DNA of 63,111 nt, the filler included, from Octopus bimaculoides (taxonomy: Eukaryota), in assembly GCF_001194135.2 (NCBI RefSeq). It is 4 parts of 4 records of this genome, joined end to end, with 100 filler letters (N's around TTAATTAATTAA, not from the genome) between each part and the next. Parts side by side here need not be neighbours in the genome. Positions count along the whole stretch, not along the records: positions 44,959 to 58,743 come from NC_068982.1; positions 58,844 to 63,111 come from NW_026435896.1; 2 more parts are not named here. The stretch is one strand, 5' to 3'. The notes under the pieces are model-generated. The model made no database searches. It saw only the letters and a program-made list of their open reading frames with translations, and had not been told where the DNA came from. The position numbers were made by a program, and so were the translations under genes. Positions 50,101 through 63,111 of this stretch are shown one piece after another (the first letter of the stretch is position 1; each line of letters starts with the position of its first letter).

Positions 50101-51120
50101 CGCACGCACACATATAATACAAACTTCAGTACCATGTTACGATACGGCACATTATACATTTATTACAACTGGATATTTTACATACCAGTGTATATGTCTT
50201 GATGCAATTATTTACAGTTCTAAAAAAGCATAAACAAATAAAATACATGCATCAATTTGGACTTTAAAATTAGCTTTGTCTAACGGTGTACGCTAAGATT
50301 TTAGCTTCATTATATAAAAATATTGGGAGTGGGGCTGTTACATTATAAAGTTAATAGATTAAATAAAAATGGCAGTATACCTGGAAACTAATATAACAAC
50401 AAATAACTAATGTTTAAACATTAAAATCGTTATAATTTAACAATATAGGTAAAGAAATCTAGTTAAATGTAAGTCGCACCTTGATGTCAACAATGCATTA
50501 AAGTGAACAATACATCAAAGTGGAAAGTAATTGTGGTTTAATGATTCTTGCAGTCTATTAAAATTATATTCTGTAGCTTTAAGTGAGTATAAACATGTAG
50601 CGATCACATGGAACATGATTGGAGGACTTGTTGTTGTAGGATAATTTACTTTCTTTTATGAAAAGGCAGGAACAGTGAAGAAAATTTAGGAAGGAATTTA
50701 TAAGCAGGCGGATGTATAATGGGTACATTAGGAAGGTATGAAATAGAAAAATAAATAACTGTTCATTTCTACACGAGATTAAACGAAATTTTGGATTCAG
50801 TTGCTTTTCAAACGTTACGTAATTAAGTGTACATATTTACGAATTGACACCTTTTAAAAGAGAAAAATATCGCTACAATTAAGGAGGTATTCTGAAACTT
50901 TATAAAAGTTTAAGATACTTTGATATTGCTATGGAGAACATAGAAATATTAAGAGTTGAACAACGAAATTAAACAACTTCATATGTTATTCAGAACTATA
51001 GGCGTATGGCACACCTATATTCATATAAAAATGGGCGGAATTCAATAAATTATATATGTTATAAAGAATATGGAAAAGTTTTATGTTTGTATACACACAG
51101 ACACAGACACAGACACACAC

Positions 51121-51173
<53 letters not shown>

Positions 51174-52392
51174 CATACTGTGAGATTTTCGAGAAGTTTC
51201 ATTGACTGTTATGAGTGACGTTAAGTAACATATATATATATATCTACGTGAGGTATTGATATCCAGAAGACTCAAGATGACAGGTAACGCTATGTAAGTG
51301 TTATGGAAGGACCGTACTTAAACTCTCGGTTCGAAAATGATACGAATGAGAAGTCTAAAACCAGGCCTTGTATGAGCATATATATGTTCAATAAAGGGAG
51401 ACAACAAAGCAAACGCTGTGTGGAAATTTCAGGACATTTATAAAGAGAAAGTTAGCCTTACATTTTTTTGTGAGATATTAGGGATATCCTTTCATCAGAG
51501 ACGACGATTGTTAAATAGAGGGAAATATTAGAGTTCAATATAAGGAGTTATTTGGAAAAGGAAGGAAATAAGATGTATATTGGGAATTAGGAGAATGAAT
51601 GTAGAAATGAAAATAAAAATAAAAATGTATTAAGATATAGTTTCAGTTCCATTATCCAAGGAAATTGGTGTGTAGAAATGCTTCTTGTCCAGGGTATGTA
51701 AATTCCAATAGGAGTTCATATTTTGTCATTGCAAATGGAAAGTGTGGAGACGTAGATTCCATGTGCTGTTCATTCAAAGGGGTCTTTGAGAATGTAGTGG
51801 TAGTGTTAAGTGAACGGAGAAGGGAGAAGAAATGTGTATGTTAAAATGAGGAGAGAGGTCAAAGGAAAAGGTGACAAAAGAAGGAAAGAAAGAGGAAGAC
51901 AAAATGAAAACAAGAATAGAAAAAATAAGTGAAAGAAAGTGCAAAATGGAGTGTTAGTTGGTGGTCAAGATATTATGAGGGAGGATGGGAGAGGAGTAGG
52001 GGAGGGGTAGAAAGAGATAAGAATGTAAGTAATATGTGTGAGGTGTGTGAGGTGTGGTAATATGTTTGAATGGCACTAAGGGATGGGTAAAGAAAAAGGA
52101 ATAGGGGTTCTAAAGTGAGTAGTAAACCTCAAAAGGGAATGGAAGAACACTGAGAATACTTAAGTTTCTATAAATAGTCTTATGTGTTTATTCCACTGGC
52201 TAATGTGATAGTGTGGGTTGAGGAATCAGAGAGAAAGAAGGAAGGAAGGAAAGAAAGAAAGAAGTGTATATCGATATACACACGCGCACGCACATGTATA
52301 TATATGTATGTGTGTATGCACTATTATATAAGTCTGCGTACTTGTGCATTTAAACCCGTACGCATGCAAGCATATATATAGACATATGCCTG

Positions 52393-52448
<56 letters not shown>

Positions 52449-52958
52449 TCATATACGCATACACGTGCGTACGTATACACACATACATGGACACCTATAC
52501 ACACATACACGCACACGCAAACTTTTGAACAATTTTGAGGCTGGTGATGTGTTTGCGATAACGATTATTAAATGAAAAGGCCGTTTTCCCAATGTAAATA
52601 TAGGGCCATCCCCGTGTGTGCACGGTACATTTATATGCAAGATTTCTACTCGTACAGAGATTCATCAATAGACGTTTTGATTTTTCTCTGCATGAGCATT
52701 TATTATATGTATTTGTATATATATGGTAGTCCTGACTTCATTTTCTGGCGTTGTGATTGTGTTAGGTATCGTTCATTTACCATACATATATATGTGCGTG
52801 TTTGTGTGTGTGTGTGTTTTTGTGTGTGTGTGTGTGTATGTGCGAGCGCGGGGGGGGTGAGTTAAGTAAAACGAGACAACAAAGCCAAGGCTTTGTGGAA
52901 TTTTCAGAACATTTATAAAGAGAAAGTTAGTCTTACAGCTGTTTTAAATTTTAAACAG

Positions 52959-53165
52959 CGATACGCTGCGTATCTCAATTCTTTTAGCTACGAGAAACAC
53001 TAAATCCACAACACTCGCCAGTCACATGCATCATCTCAAAAATATTCCCTACATCTTCTAATGGTCTATAATAGATTCGGGCTTTCATAACAAGGTCAAC
53101 GCTCAGCCTGTAAGTTATGCCTAAAAGAGACATTCCACATTAAAACACAACTCTTTAATACTACT
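52959..53165 (+). mobile_element. Penelope-like element, GIY-YIG C-terminal remnant
   Basis: Frameshifted RYAAYLNSFSYEKH / STTLASHMHHLKNIPYIF*WSIID / CKLCLKETFHI. Confidence 0.55.
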
Positions 53166-53673
53166 AAATAAATATAATGAGGCCCTAGGTATATGCAACC
53201 ACTGCATTTTTAATTGTTTAATACGACATATGGGCATGCATATGCGTACGTATGTGGATCTAAGTCCGTATGTACATGTGTATATATATATATATATATG
53301 TTTGCGTGTGCGTGTATGTGTGTATAGGTATCCATGTATGTGTGTATACGTACGCACGTGTATGCGTATATGAATATATATATACAGTGACTGACTTTCT
53401 TGCGGATTCGAATATGCCTCAAGCGTACTTGAGCTAGTAACAAGTTTGTATACATATATGCATACATGCATGCATGCATGCATGTATGTATGTATGTACT
53501 ACGTACGTATATAAGTATGTATCGCTTCTATTTTTTAATTAGTATAAATCTACCACTGAGGAGGGAGCCGGTTTCGAACAAAGGTACAATGCTCCATCTT
53601 TGGAATGTAGTTAACACAGACAAATTCACATTTGGAACTTGCATATTTTTACTGTACCACTTTCAGATTGCAC

Positions 53674-53964
53674 TTATAATGTACGAATTAGCCGGTCGAT
53701 TTCTCTTTCTGAAAACCTCAGTTTATCCAGATTCTCCTTGAAGCATTTACTAACAAAATCTAGTGCTCCAATTATTATTGGTATGAATATGAATTCATAG
53801 TCTGGATATAGAAGCTGGAGGTTTCGAAGCAGTTGTCCATACACATTTATATCTGCAGGGCAGCTGACTTCTATGATGTTACATACCTTTCTCGACGACA
53901 AGTAGTTGTAAATAGAGCAAGTCAGCTTAGAGCGTTCCTTAACGAGAGTATTTGCTGCATGCAA
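53674..53964 (-). mobile_element. 3' fragment of an RLE-encoding non-LTR retrotransposon
   Basis: KVCNIIEVSCPADINVYGQLLRNLQLLYPDYEFIFIPIIIGALDFV is the typical restriction-like endonuclease C-terminus. Same type as 21990-22415. Confidence 0.72.
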
Positions 53965-54914
53965 TGGCTATTTCGGAGTGGTTATCTCCTCTCAGAAACA
54001 GAGGTATGAAAGGTAGGCACCTGCAAAATGACATGAGAGGTAGGTCCCTCTGATGATATTACCATCGTCTTTCAATGACTAGTTGCGCTATTCAACGGCT
54101 CACTGTGAATAAAGTACGGTATTACAGCACTAAGCAATGATATGTATAAGAACCCAATAAAATTAATGAGAGTTATCATTTTTGGAAACATATCTCTTAT
54201 TATTATTTCTGTTTAATCATGATTGTCATCTGTTAGATCAACCCTTTGATAAAAGATTTTCTAGAGGTGTCAATACAGTTTTAATTTGGAGCAGAATGTA
54301 TTGAGAGTTTCGTTTATGAAAGAGAACTCATATTATTTTTTTCTACTTCGATCTATATAGCACTGCGTTGCGCTAGTAAAATCGAATCACAAATTAGTGA
54401 TTATCTCACAAAAGTCAATCCAACGTCAAAACAATATGCATGTGCCCACGTACACTGGATATTGACTTGTATAATCTATTGCCACAAAAAAAAGTAACAT
54501 GTAATATGTGTTGTTGATTTAATGATAATACATCCTAATGTGTTGATTTTAAATGTTAGTTCCTGTGGCCCATATTCTATACTTTGTTTTATATACATTT
54601 CCAACATATAGAAAAGAACAGCAGTAGAGTGATAATACCGGCTATCATGGACATGTAATATTTAATCACTAATTTACATGTTTAAAACTATGAAACTAAT
54701 CGCTCTGCATTAACAGCTTTAACAACTGAATAAAAAATTTCATAAAAAGAGTATGTTGTATGTAGTAATAACGAAACCATAATTCCTGAAATATTTGAAC
54801 GTAATATCTGAATATATACTGCTTTAAAGAAAGATACCATTAAATGAAAGAGAAATCCATACTAAGAATTATCCCAACCATCATCATCACCATATTTAAT
54901 ATTACTACGAGCAT

Positions 54915-55140
54915 TAAAGTGGTGAGCTGGCGGAATCGTTAGCACACCGGGATAAAAAAAAAAATCTTAGAAACATTTTGTTCGTCTTTACATTCTGCGT
55001 TCAAATTCCGCCGAGGTCGACTTTACCTTTCACACTTTCGGGTTTGATAAAATAAGCTTCAGTCACACAGTGGGGTCAATGTAATCGATTTACCTGCTTC
55101 CCGAACTTTCTGACCTTGTACCAAAACTTGAAACGAATAT
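54915..55140 (+). mobile_element. SINE family B
   Basis: GTGGTGAGCTGGCGGAATCGTTAGCACACCGG..GTTCAAATTCCGCCGAGGTCGACTTTACC. Confidence 0.82.
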
Positions 55141-57044
55141 TATAACGTGCACTAAATGCATCATCCGAAACAACACAGGTGAAGTATATTTCAAAACTCT
55201 CTTATTTTATTTTCCCTCCCTCTATTTTGTTTAGCATTTCGTGCCAAGTTACCCAGGGACAATCACCATCCTTTCCTGCTAATTATGAAATGGAAATAAA
55301 AGGCGTTTAATAGTTTAAACTTGGCAATTATTGTTTGTTGCCATTACTTCGTAGTGATTTTTCTGAAAAAGATAATTTGTAATTTTGGAAATATACATAA
55401 AAATTGATAGAAGAGTAATATAAAGCCTATAGTTTTGCAAGAAATAAATTTTTTATGACGGAAGAACGAGCCTGATATTCGCCTACCCTAAGGAGTTTTT
55501 ATTATAGAAATAGAGTTGCGTTCTGCCTCATTAGAGAAATAAATAAATGATTTATAATAAGGGAAGCGTAATTCTATATCCTCATAACCAGAAGGATTGA
55601 ATAATCATAAAGAGATTAACATTTGATGCTTGTGGACATATTTATTTCTCAGATTTATAAAGTGAAATAAAATGAAATTCCTCTGGAGAATAGCTAGAAT
55701 GTCATAAACGAGAAGGATAAAATCTAATGGACATGTTAACCGACAGGCATGTCATCTACGTAATGGTTTGAAAATGAACTTGAAGCATTTTTAGCGAGAT
55801 GACTAATAAGCTAATCCATGCATGGAAGGTATGTCTAAAGCCTTCTCATTTAGAAATCAGCGGCAGACTAGCTACTACTATTCTGGACACATTATCAGTG
55901 TTAATATTTTATAAGCGTTCATTGAAGATGACACGCATACATTTTCATGGAATTATTGTTGCTGTCTTGTTTACAAACTACCTCTTATATATATTAACTT
56001 GTTATCTATTGCGTGAGGGGAAAATTAAGAACTTTTGAAACATATATATTTCATGCGTTCACTACTGCAGTGAAATTAATTGTTGCCTTAGTTTGTCCTC
56101 AAAAATCATCTTAATCATCATTATCGTCATGGTCGTTGTCATTATCATAATTCTGATTGTCCCTTGTCTCCTCATTATTATTCTTTTCAACAACAACATT
56201 AACTTCTGTATCGTTACATTGTCATTTTAGTTTAAAGTTTCAGTGTTTCAGTGTTGTACAGATTTGCATGCAATTACTCAAGTAATAAATAACCAGATAC
56301 AAATAGTGATTTTTCAATGAGGTCAAATTAAATAACTGTTTTGTGGTTCTTGCACCCCTCAGGTAACAATGGTGTTGTGGCAAGAGTCGAAACAATTACT
56401 CTCACAAACACATAGACGTTCCAAGCACTTCTCCTCCTCTCCTTCTTTCCTATTTAGCCTGGTTCATTATCTAGACAGCAAAGTTTTCCTTCCACTGGAT
56501 CTTTTATTCATAGAAATATAAACAATCCAAGTATGCTGCAAACACCGCTCTATAGACTGTGATGTTTCAAATCACCTAACTTGTAAGTGTTCTGCTATTT
56601 TATGAGGTTCCCATCGAGACAATACCTGTTTCATTTCTAATCTATAAATAACTGACTAAAATTATATCAACAAAATAAAAAACTTAAATGACCTAAGTGA
56701 ATTCTTTTCTGTGTGCGCTGGAATGACAGAGAAAATAGCTCAGAAACGAAACAAGCCCATTAAATACATGAAAGACATGTTATTCTACACTAATATCACT
56801 CAAACATCACGCTTTTTATTTATACTTCTAACATTCTCTCGTAGTGTTTTTAAGCAATCTCATATCTAAAATATTTCAAAAACTACACCCCAGAGAGGCA
56901 ACAACTTCTGTTTAGTGCTACTAAATATTCTGCATTAAAGCAGTGACTAATTATCCACTCTATACAATTTGTGACTCACCATAAAGTACTCATGTTATAC
57001 AAGCAGAATAGAAACCTATTGTGTATTGAGGGTACTGGTGCAAT

Positions 57045-57320
57045 GAAATATTCTTTTGTACTCCAGGCACAAAGCCCATAATTTTGGGAGGAGGGCGAAG
57101 TCAATTAGATTGACCGCAGTACGCAACTAGTACTTAATTTATTGACCCCAAAAGGATGAAAGACAAAGTCGCCCTCGGCGGAATTTGAACTCAGAACGTA
57201 AAGACAGACGAAATACCGAAATACGGGAGAGGGCCCGTCGATTAGATCGACCCCAGTATGCAACTGATACTTAATTTATCGACCCCGAAAGGAGGAAAGG
57301 CAAAGTCGACCTCGGGGCAA
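57045..57320 (-). mobile_element. Fused or internally duplicated SINE family B
   Basis: Two successive body segments (GACCCC(A/G)AAAGGA..AAAG..AAAGTCG) with no intervening head. Confidence 0.72.
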
Positions 57321-59061
57321 TTAAATATTACAATCCAAAGTAAACAGATGTACTCGTTCTTTATCTTTTCTACTTCTATTATAGTCATTTTTTATGAATT
57401 AACCAGTTCTTTACCACCTCTGGTAATGACAAGCTGCTCCAACTTTCAATAACTTGTTCAATTGTTTCAGTGCAGGAATCATGTTGTCTCAAAACTCGTC
57501 ACGGTTTCTTTTATTTTTAACGTCTTCAAGAAAAGGAAATTTAATCGTTTCATTAATTCTATCGACCACACTTTTTTCTTACTTTCAAGTGAAGAAGACA
57601 CAGTGTTATATCTTTCACAGTCTTACAAATAAGGTGGAATATACATGATTAATTTTTCTTTTCGCTTGTTCAAATTTAGCGGGTTCATGTTTTAAAACAA
57701 CATTGATTGGTGTCTAATAGTGTTCTATGCTTATTAGATGTGGATGTAGTACTCAAATAGGAAGTGAATAGGTTTAATATGCCGTGTTTCCTGTTTGAGT
57801 TGCGCGGTAATTGTCATGGATATCACTCCTTACCAAGCACCAGTTATAGACATGTTAAATAACTTTCCATCGTATAACTAAACCTATGAAAATATCAATA
57901 ATCATTAAGATATAGATATTCATAATTCAAAATCACATTAATATACCATATCTGAAATATTCAAGATAAATAAAAATATTGACAACATACTTCTGGAAGA
58001 TAATGGTTTATAAATCAAAATAAACAGGTTTAGAATACTGTCAATATTACTTTCTCTTTAATAAGGAAATTCGTTACAATCCTGTAAGGATTCAAGAAAC
58101 ACAAGAGGCCGAATTGAATGCTTTAGGTATTCAAGTGGGTTGACAGACAAAGGATTTAGTAGTTAACATAAGTAGAATACGGAGTAAGTTATTAGAGGAA
58201 AATGCAGGACAGAAAGTAAAATAATATGTGTATATAATATTACGGGGAAAATGCAAGTAAATAGATAAGAGTTAACCTTCAAGTAGTTCTAACTTAAAGC
58301 ACTAATATGAAACATAGTCACGCAAGGATTTCAACATAAGGTTTAGAAGTTAATGACTAATTAAAGCAACATAAGAACAATATGAGTCTAAAATATATAA
58401 TACTGAAACGACTTACAATAATAAAACTAAGAGCGATTATAGCTCACATAGGAATCATAAAAAGACAATCAATAGGATTCTATTAAGAACAGTAGAAAAA
58501 TGGTGGGGGGAGAAGGAAAAAAGTACAAAGATGGAGAAAACATCACGACAAACCTGAGAATTTCCACCGAATATGGATGGAAAAAGTAACTTAATCAATA
58601 AAAATGCTGCGAGTTTCTGAGACAAATGTCACTTGAAACGGTAGAAAAGAAACTGACAAAAGCACCACTTCTGTTCATTCAAGTCTATAGCTTTTCGAAG
58701 GAGAATGAGCGCAGTAGTATTCTGCGTATATATATATATATATNNNNNNNNNNNNNNNNNNNNNNNNNNNNNNNNNNNNNNNNNNNNTTAATTAATTAAN
58801 NNNNNNNNNNNNNNNNNNNNNNNNNNNNNNNNNNNNNNNNNNNACACACACAAACTATTCTCGCAAATATTACAGACTCTTCCACATCAGGATGAACAAA
58901 TCTCATCTGTATAATTAACATAACTGGTCCGGTATCTCTGGAACAAGGGACTCATCATGTGTTAATGTCATTGCCGCCAAAATTGTCCCACTTTTCACCA
59001 AAGTTACAAACAAATTAAAACAGATTTCAAAAGCTTAAAAATACTTCGGAAAACCCCATTC

Positions 59062-59734
59062 GGATCTATTTTAAAACGGGGGCACCAGTTTTCATTTATG
59101 TTTTATGTAGTGTTTTTGGTACCGAAAGACTTTCAAACTTCGTATACTTATCTATTTTGTGTTATAGAACAGAAAAAAAATTTTGTATTCGAATTTATTT
59201 CATGTAAAAAATTGTCTTATTTCGATAATTTCTACTAATCACTGACGTCTATTCAGTTGAAAACAGTTAGCGCTGTAACGGTGTATATCGTATTAATCCC
59301 CTAACCCTAACCCTAACCCTAACTAGACTGTTAACCCTAACCCTAACCCTAACCCTAACCCTAAAACTAACCCTAACTCTAGAATCCGAACTCTAAAATA
59401 GTTACACACATAGATACGCACAGCGTAATTTATTATATAAACAATATATGCGTATAAATTACGATTAAACCGGATGAAATATGTCACGGGGAATAACATT
59501 TTTATGACCGCCCAGCAGTAACACTATTCAGCTGAATAGACGTCAGTGATTGGTTGAAATTACAGAAATACGACAACTTTAACATGGAATAACTTGCGAT
59601 GTACATTTTCTTGTTAAGAAGACTATGAGTAAAAGATGTTTTATATGACACATTCTACCAGTGTCCCAAGTTTCAAAGAGTTGTGTTAGTGTTTCGTTAA
59701 GAAAATACTGGTGCCCCCGTTTTGAAATAGATCC
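59062..59734. mobile_element. MITE (Merlin-like) with internal CCCTAA telomeric repeats
   Basis: About 31-bp TIRs GGATCTATTTTAAAACGGGGGCACCAGT.. / ..ACTGGTGCCCCCGTTTTGAAATAGATCC. 8-bp TSD CCCCATTC (59054-59061) / CTCCATTC (59735-59742), one mismatch. Second inverted pair AATCACTGACGTCTATTCAG(T/C)TGAA near 59237 and 59527. Confidence 0.82.
59299..59376 (-). repeat. Interstitial (TTAGGG)n telomere-type repeat, 10 perfect units in interrupted blocks
   Basis: CCCTAA x4 (59299-59322), x5 (59335-59364) and x1 (59371-59376). Confidence 0.95.
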
Positions 59735-60249
59735 CTCCATTCAATCATTATTTGTCTGGCAACAACAACATAAAAAAGAACAACAAAAACAACAACCTCT
59801 ACTTAGCTCTGACCTTTGTGACCTTGTGGCTACTCAACCCATCGCTGCTATCACAGCACATTCTTTTTTGCTCTACCCACTCCTCCGGTAACCGAACCTA
59901 TTAAGCCATCAGCGTCGTCGTCTTTGCTGTCGTTTTTGCTACCACCACCACCATCATTACCATCTACGGTCGCTTTTGTCACTACTACTACTATCTCTAC
60001 CAGCAAGAATGAAACTTCTTTGCCACCTCGTTCTGTTTACTACATTACCAAACACGTCTACCACATTACTCCCGCCCCCAAGCGACAATCTACCCGCTTC
60101 CACGATAACATTACCAAAATCAAGCATCTCAAACACATCTATAAGTACACAATTACTCTACACCAGGGGTCGACGAACCGGGGTAAATTACCCCAAGTGG
60201 GATAAAGATGAAATTCTTGCGAGTAATGAGAACTCATTAGACATAATTC

Positions 60250-60477
60250 TTTTATTCTTTTATTTGTTTCAGTTAATTGACTGTGGCCATGCTAGAGCAC
60301 CGCCTTTAGTCGAACAAATCGACCCCAGGACTTATTCTTTGTAAGCCTAGTACTTATTCTATCGTCCTCTTTTGCCGAACCGCTACGTTACGGGAACGTA
60401 AACAAACCAACATCAGTTGTCAAGCGATGGTGATGGGGGGACTAACACAGACACAAACATATATAAATATATATATA
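60250..60477 (-). mobile_element. SINE family A, 3' half
   Basis: Same tail motifs, followed by (TA)n and a gap. Confidence 0.8.
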
Positions 60478-60929
60478 NNNNNNNNNNNNNNNNNNNNNNN
60501 NNNNNNNNNNNNNNNNNNNNNNNNNNNNNNNNNNNNNNNNNNNNNNNNNNNNNNNNNNNNNNNNNNNNNNNNNNNNNNNNNNNNNNNNNNNNNNNNNNNN
60601 NNNNNNNNNNNNNNNNNNNNNNNNNNNNNNNNNNNNNNNNNNNNNNNNNNNNNNNNNNNNNNNNNNNNNNNNNNNNNNNNNNNNNNNNNNNNNNNNNNNN
60701 NNNNNNNNNNNNNNNNNNNNNNNNNNNNNNNNNNNNNNNNNNNNNNNNNNNNNNNNNNNNNNNNNNNNNNNNNNNNNNNNNNNNNNNNNNNNNNNNNNNN
60801 NNNNNNNNNNNNNNNNNNNNNNNNNNNNNNNNNNNNNNNNNNNNNNNNNNNNNNNNNNNNNNNNNNNNNNNNNNNNNNNNNNNNNNNNNNNNNNNNNNNN
60901 NNNNNNNNNNNNNNNNNNNNNNNNNATTT

Positions 60930-61230
60930 TAAATATACAAGAAAAATTTGATTACATTTACAATGTTCGATTAAAGCATTGCTCATTACAGATGCAATTT
61001 GTAATGGCTTTCCTGAAGGATAGGCATCCGACCACCAGGGTAGACCCCTTGCATTTTCTTTCCCTTGTTTTTGGCTTCCACTTACCTGGTGCCAAACACT
61101 CCCAGTTTCCGCGCCACAGGCTTCCATCTTCTCATGAATCTGTCTCGTGACAGATACCTCTTCTCCAGCCTGATCTCACTACTGAGGTGGTAACAAAAAA
61201 TGTTAACTAACCCCTCTCACAGCCACTCCT
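60930..61230 (-). mobile_element. Tx1/L1-like LINE 3' end remnant
   Basis: FCYHLSSEIRLEKRYLSRDRFMRRWKPVARKLGVFGTR* resembles Tx1 ORF2 C-termini and is followed by a short AT-rich 3' UTR. Confidence 0.45.
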
Positions 61231-61426
61231 GCGCCTACAAAAAATTATATGTATTAAAAAAACGTGTTTCTTATTATGACAGACAATTTTCTTGAGGCAA
61301 CATTGCATCTGTTGAGAAATAAAGTGTCGTATTCAAGAACACAACACAGCCCGATCCCAGAAATGAACTCACTATCTCACGACTGTAAGCCCGACGATCT
61401 AACTACTGAGCCATGTCCCTTCACTT

Positions 61427-61490
<64 letters not shown>

Positions 61491-61739
61491 ACATCGCTAT
61501 GGAGTACATGCATTAATATGATATCGCCTGAGGAAATGAAGCCATAAAGATAATCAATCCGATAGCCACGGATACTACAGACCGCACCGTAATCATCCCA
61601 GGAATACGGTTTGTGATCTTGAGAGACATGTGAATTGGGGAAACACGCGTAGCGATGCATTAGATGTTTATAAATTCCATCCAAGGGTTATTATTATTAT
61701 CATTATTATTATTATTGTTATTATTATTGTTGCTGCTGC

Positions 61740-61803
<64 letters not shown>

Positions 61804-61829
61804 CGAAACGCGAAGTAGTTGGAACTGGG

Positions 61830-61990
61830 ACAACTGACGAAGGGTTATACTCTTTATGTTGCATGTCTCGTTTCTCTGTTTGTTTTTTTACGTTGTTCAA
61901 AAAAAGTTCGTTTTCAGTTCTCGTTTTTATATTTTCGTTTCTCATTGTGTTTAACGTTTTTTGATGTCCTGTACCCATATATGCATGTAT
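61830..61990. mobile_element. Single arm of an element related to the 7812-8175 palindromic family
   Basis: Shares GACAACTGA(T/C)GAAGGG and the terminus GTCCTGTACCCATATATGCAT with the right arm of 7812-8175. Confidence 0.55.
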
Positions 61991-62186
61991 GTATACATAT
62001 AAATGTGGGTATGTACATATACGTATGGATATATGCATATATTTATATATTATTTATATATATATATATATATATATATGATTGATTGATTTTTAATTCA
62101 TGATTGATCAAACGATTAAGCAAGCAACAGATTTGGTTAATTGGTCAATGAGTTAATGAGCTGACATTGATGATAATAATAATAAC

Positions 62187-62257
<71 letters not shown>

Positions 62258-62378
62258 AGCGAAATATAACAACTGCACATTGGTAAAATGACCCTTGCGA
62301 GACACAACAGTATCTGTTCCAACACAGATTGCACATCAAGAATCTTAGAAAACAAATACAAAAATAAAATATACATAC

Positions 62379-62714
62379 CTCGTTTATGCTATAAAAATTC
62401 ATTTTATGGAAGAATTCAGCGTACACTTGGGACGATATCAGCAAACATATCATAAATCCAACAACGCTAAAGAAGTACATAATTCCGTAGACGTAGGCTT
62501 CGGCTGGCATTCCAAGAACCATGATGGACGATTGGAAAGAAACCATCAAAGACAGAGCGAGAGGAACTGCTGAGAGTTGACGGTTTCCAACCATAAAGTT
62601 ATTTACAGTTTTCTCATTCTTTTGGCGACATCCAAAGAACAAACCGATAGCAATGGAGACGAAAACGATGAAAATGAACACGAGATAATCGTAGATACTG
62701 AACGTAGGTACCAT
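62379..62714 (-). CDS. First coding exon (112 aa) of an SLC5/SSS sodium:solute symporter, SMCT/SMVT/NIS-like
   Basis: Translates to MVPTFSIYDYLVF...NFMVGNRQLSAVPLALSLMVSFQSSIMVLGMPAEAYVYG...FYSINE, matching SLC5A5/6/8/12-type N-terminal motifs. Ends at a phase-0 donor GAG|GTATGT (62378-62373), where this subfamily has its first intron (before YLExRF). Preceded by a pyrimidine tract and CCAG|ATG. The paralogue cannot be assigned. Confidence 0.9.
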
Positions 62715-63111
62715 CTGGAAAAGAGAAAAAAAAAACTGTTACGTCCATCAGTTATTTCAGTTACTTGTTTTATAAGGTAATTAATGAACTACAGTCACTT
62801 GTTTTATAAGGCAATTGATGACATGTGCGATAAGGAAGTATCTCTAAACCGGTGTGGAACAAATATTTCAAGGGAATTGAATTTCTAAAGTTTTGTTACC
62901 AATTTATACATTCTATTAATAAATTAGTTACATATATTTGTGTGTGTGTTTGTGTGTGTTTGTGTGTGTTTGCGTGTGTGTGTGTGTGCATACATATATG
63001 TATATGCATGTTACTAATTCCTTCCACTACGTCACACACACACACACACACACAAACATATACATACACACTAACAGATAAACAACCAAACCACGCACAC
63101 ACACACACATA

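Noticed and set aside
56363-56415. Possible plus-strand terminal exon GNNGVVARVETITLTNT*
   Set aside because: Too short and unrecognisable; CAG/GT could equally be a chance donor.
59299-59376. True telomere or chromosome-fusion scar
   Set aside because: Short, single orientation, and enclosed by TIRs and a TSD of a MITE.
61081-61200. Perfect CAG|GTAAG donor as the end of SLC5 exon 2
   Set aside because: No frame gives YLExRF-like sequence; the open frame resembles a Tx1 LINE C-terminus.

Overview
AT-rich, repeat-saturated animal genomic DNA with about 20 N gaps (roughly 6.4 kb by my count). The SINE families and extreme microsatellite density look like an octopus (coleoid cephalopod) genome; this is inference, not a database match. 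Only one host coding exon is well supported: a 336-nt minus-strand exon (62379-62714) encoding the N-terminal 112 aa of an SLC5 sodium:solute symporter (SMCT/SMVT/NIS branch). It has a 3' splice site directly before its ATG, and I could not find its downstream exons in the remaining 62 kb. The rest is transposon-derived or low-complexity sequence. This includes several SINE families, a decayed full-length MULE with a perfect 9-bp TSD inside a (GAT)n array, a second MULE derivative and a hAT (hATm-like) transposase remnant. There are also RLE-type, Tx1-like and Penelope-like retroelement fragments, and MITEs (piggyBac-type, palindromic, and a Merlin-like one carrying CCCTAA telomeric repeats). 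Several long inverted duplications could form dsRNA. Nearly all ORFs in the supplied track are microsatellite or N-gap artefacts. No rRNA, true tRNA or CRISPR array is supported. I did not find a clearly new multi-gene system; the best leads are the telomere-repeat MITE, the microsatellite-embedded MULE, the fold-back structures and the orphan SLC5 exon.
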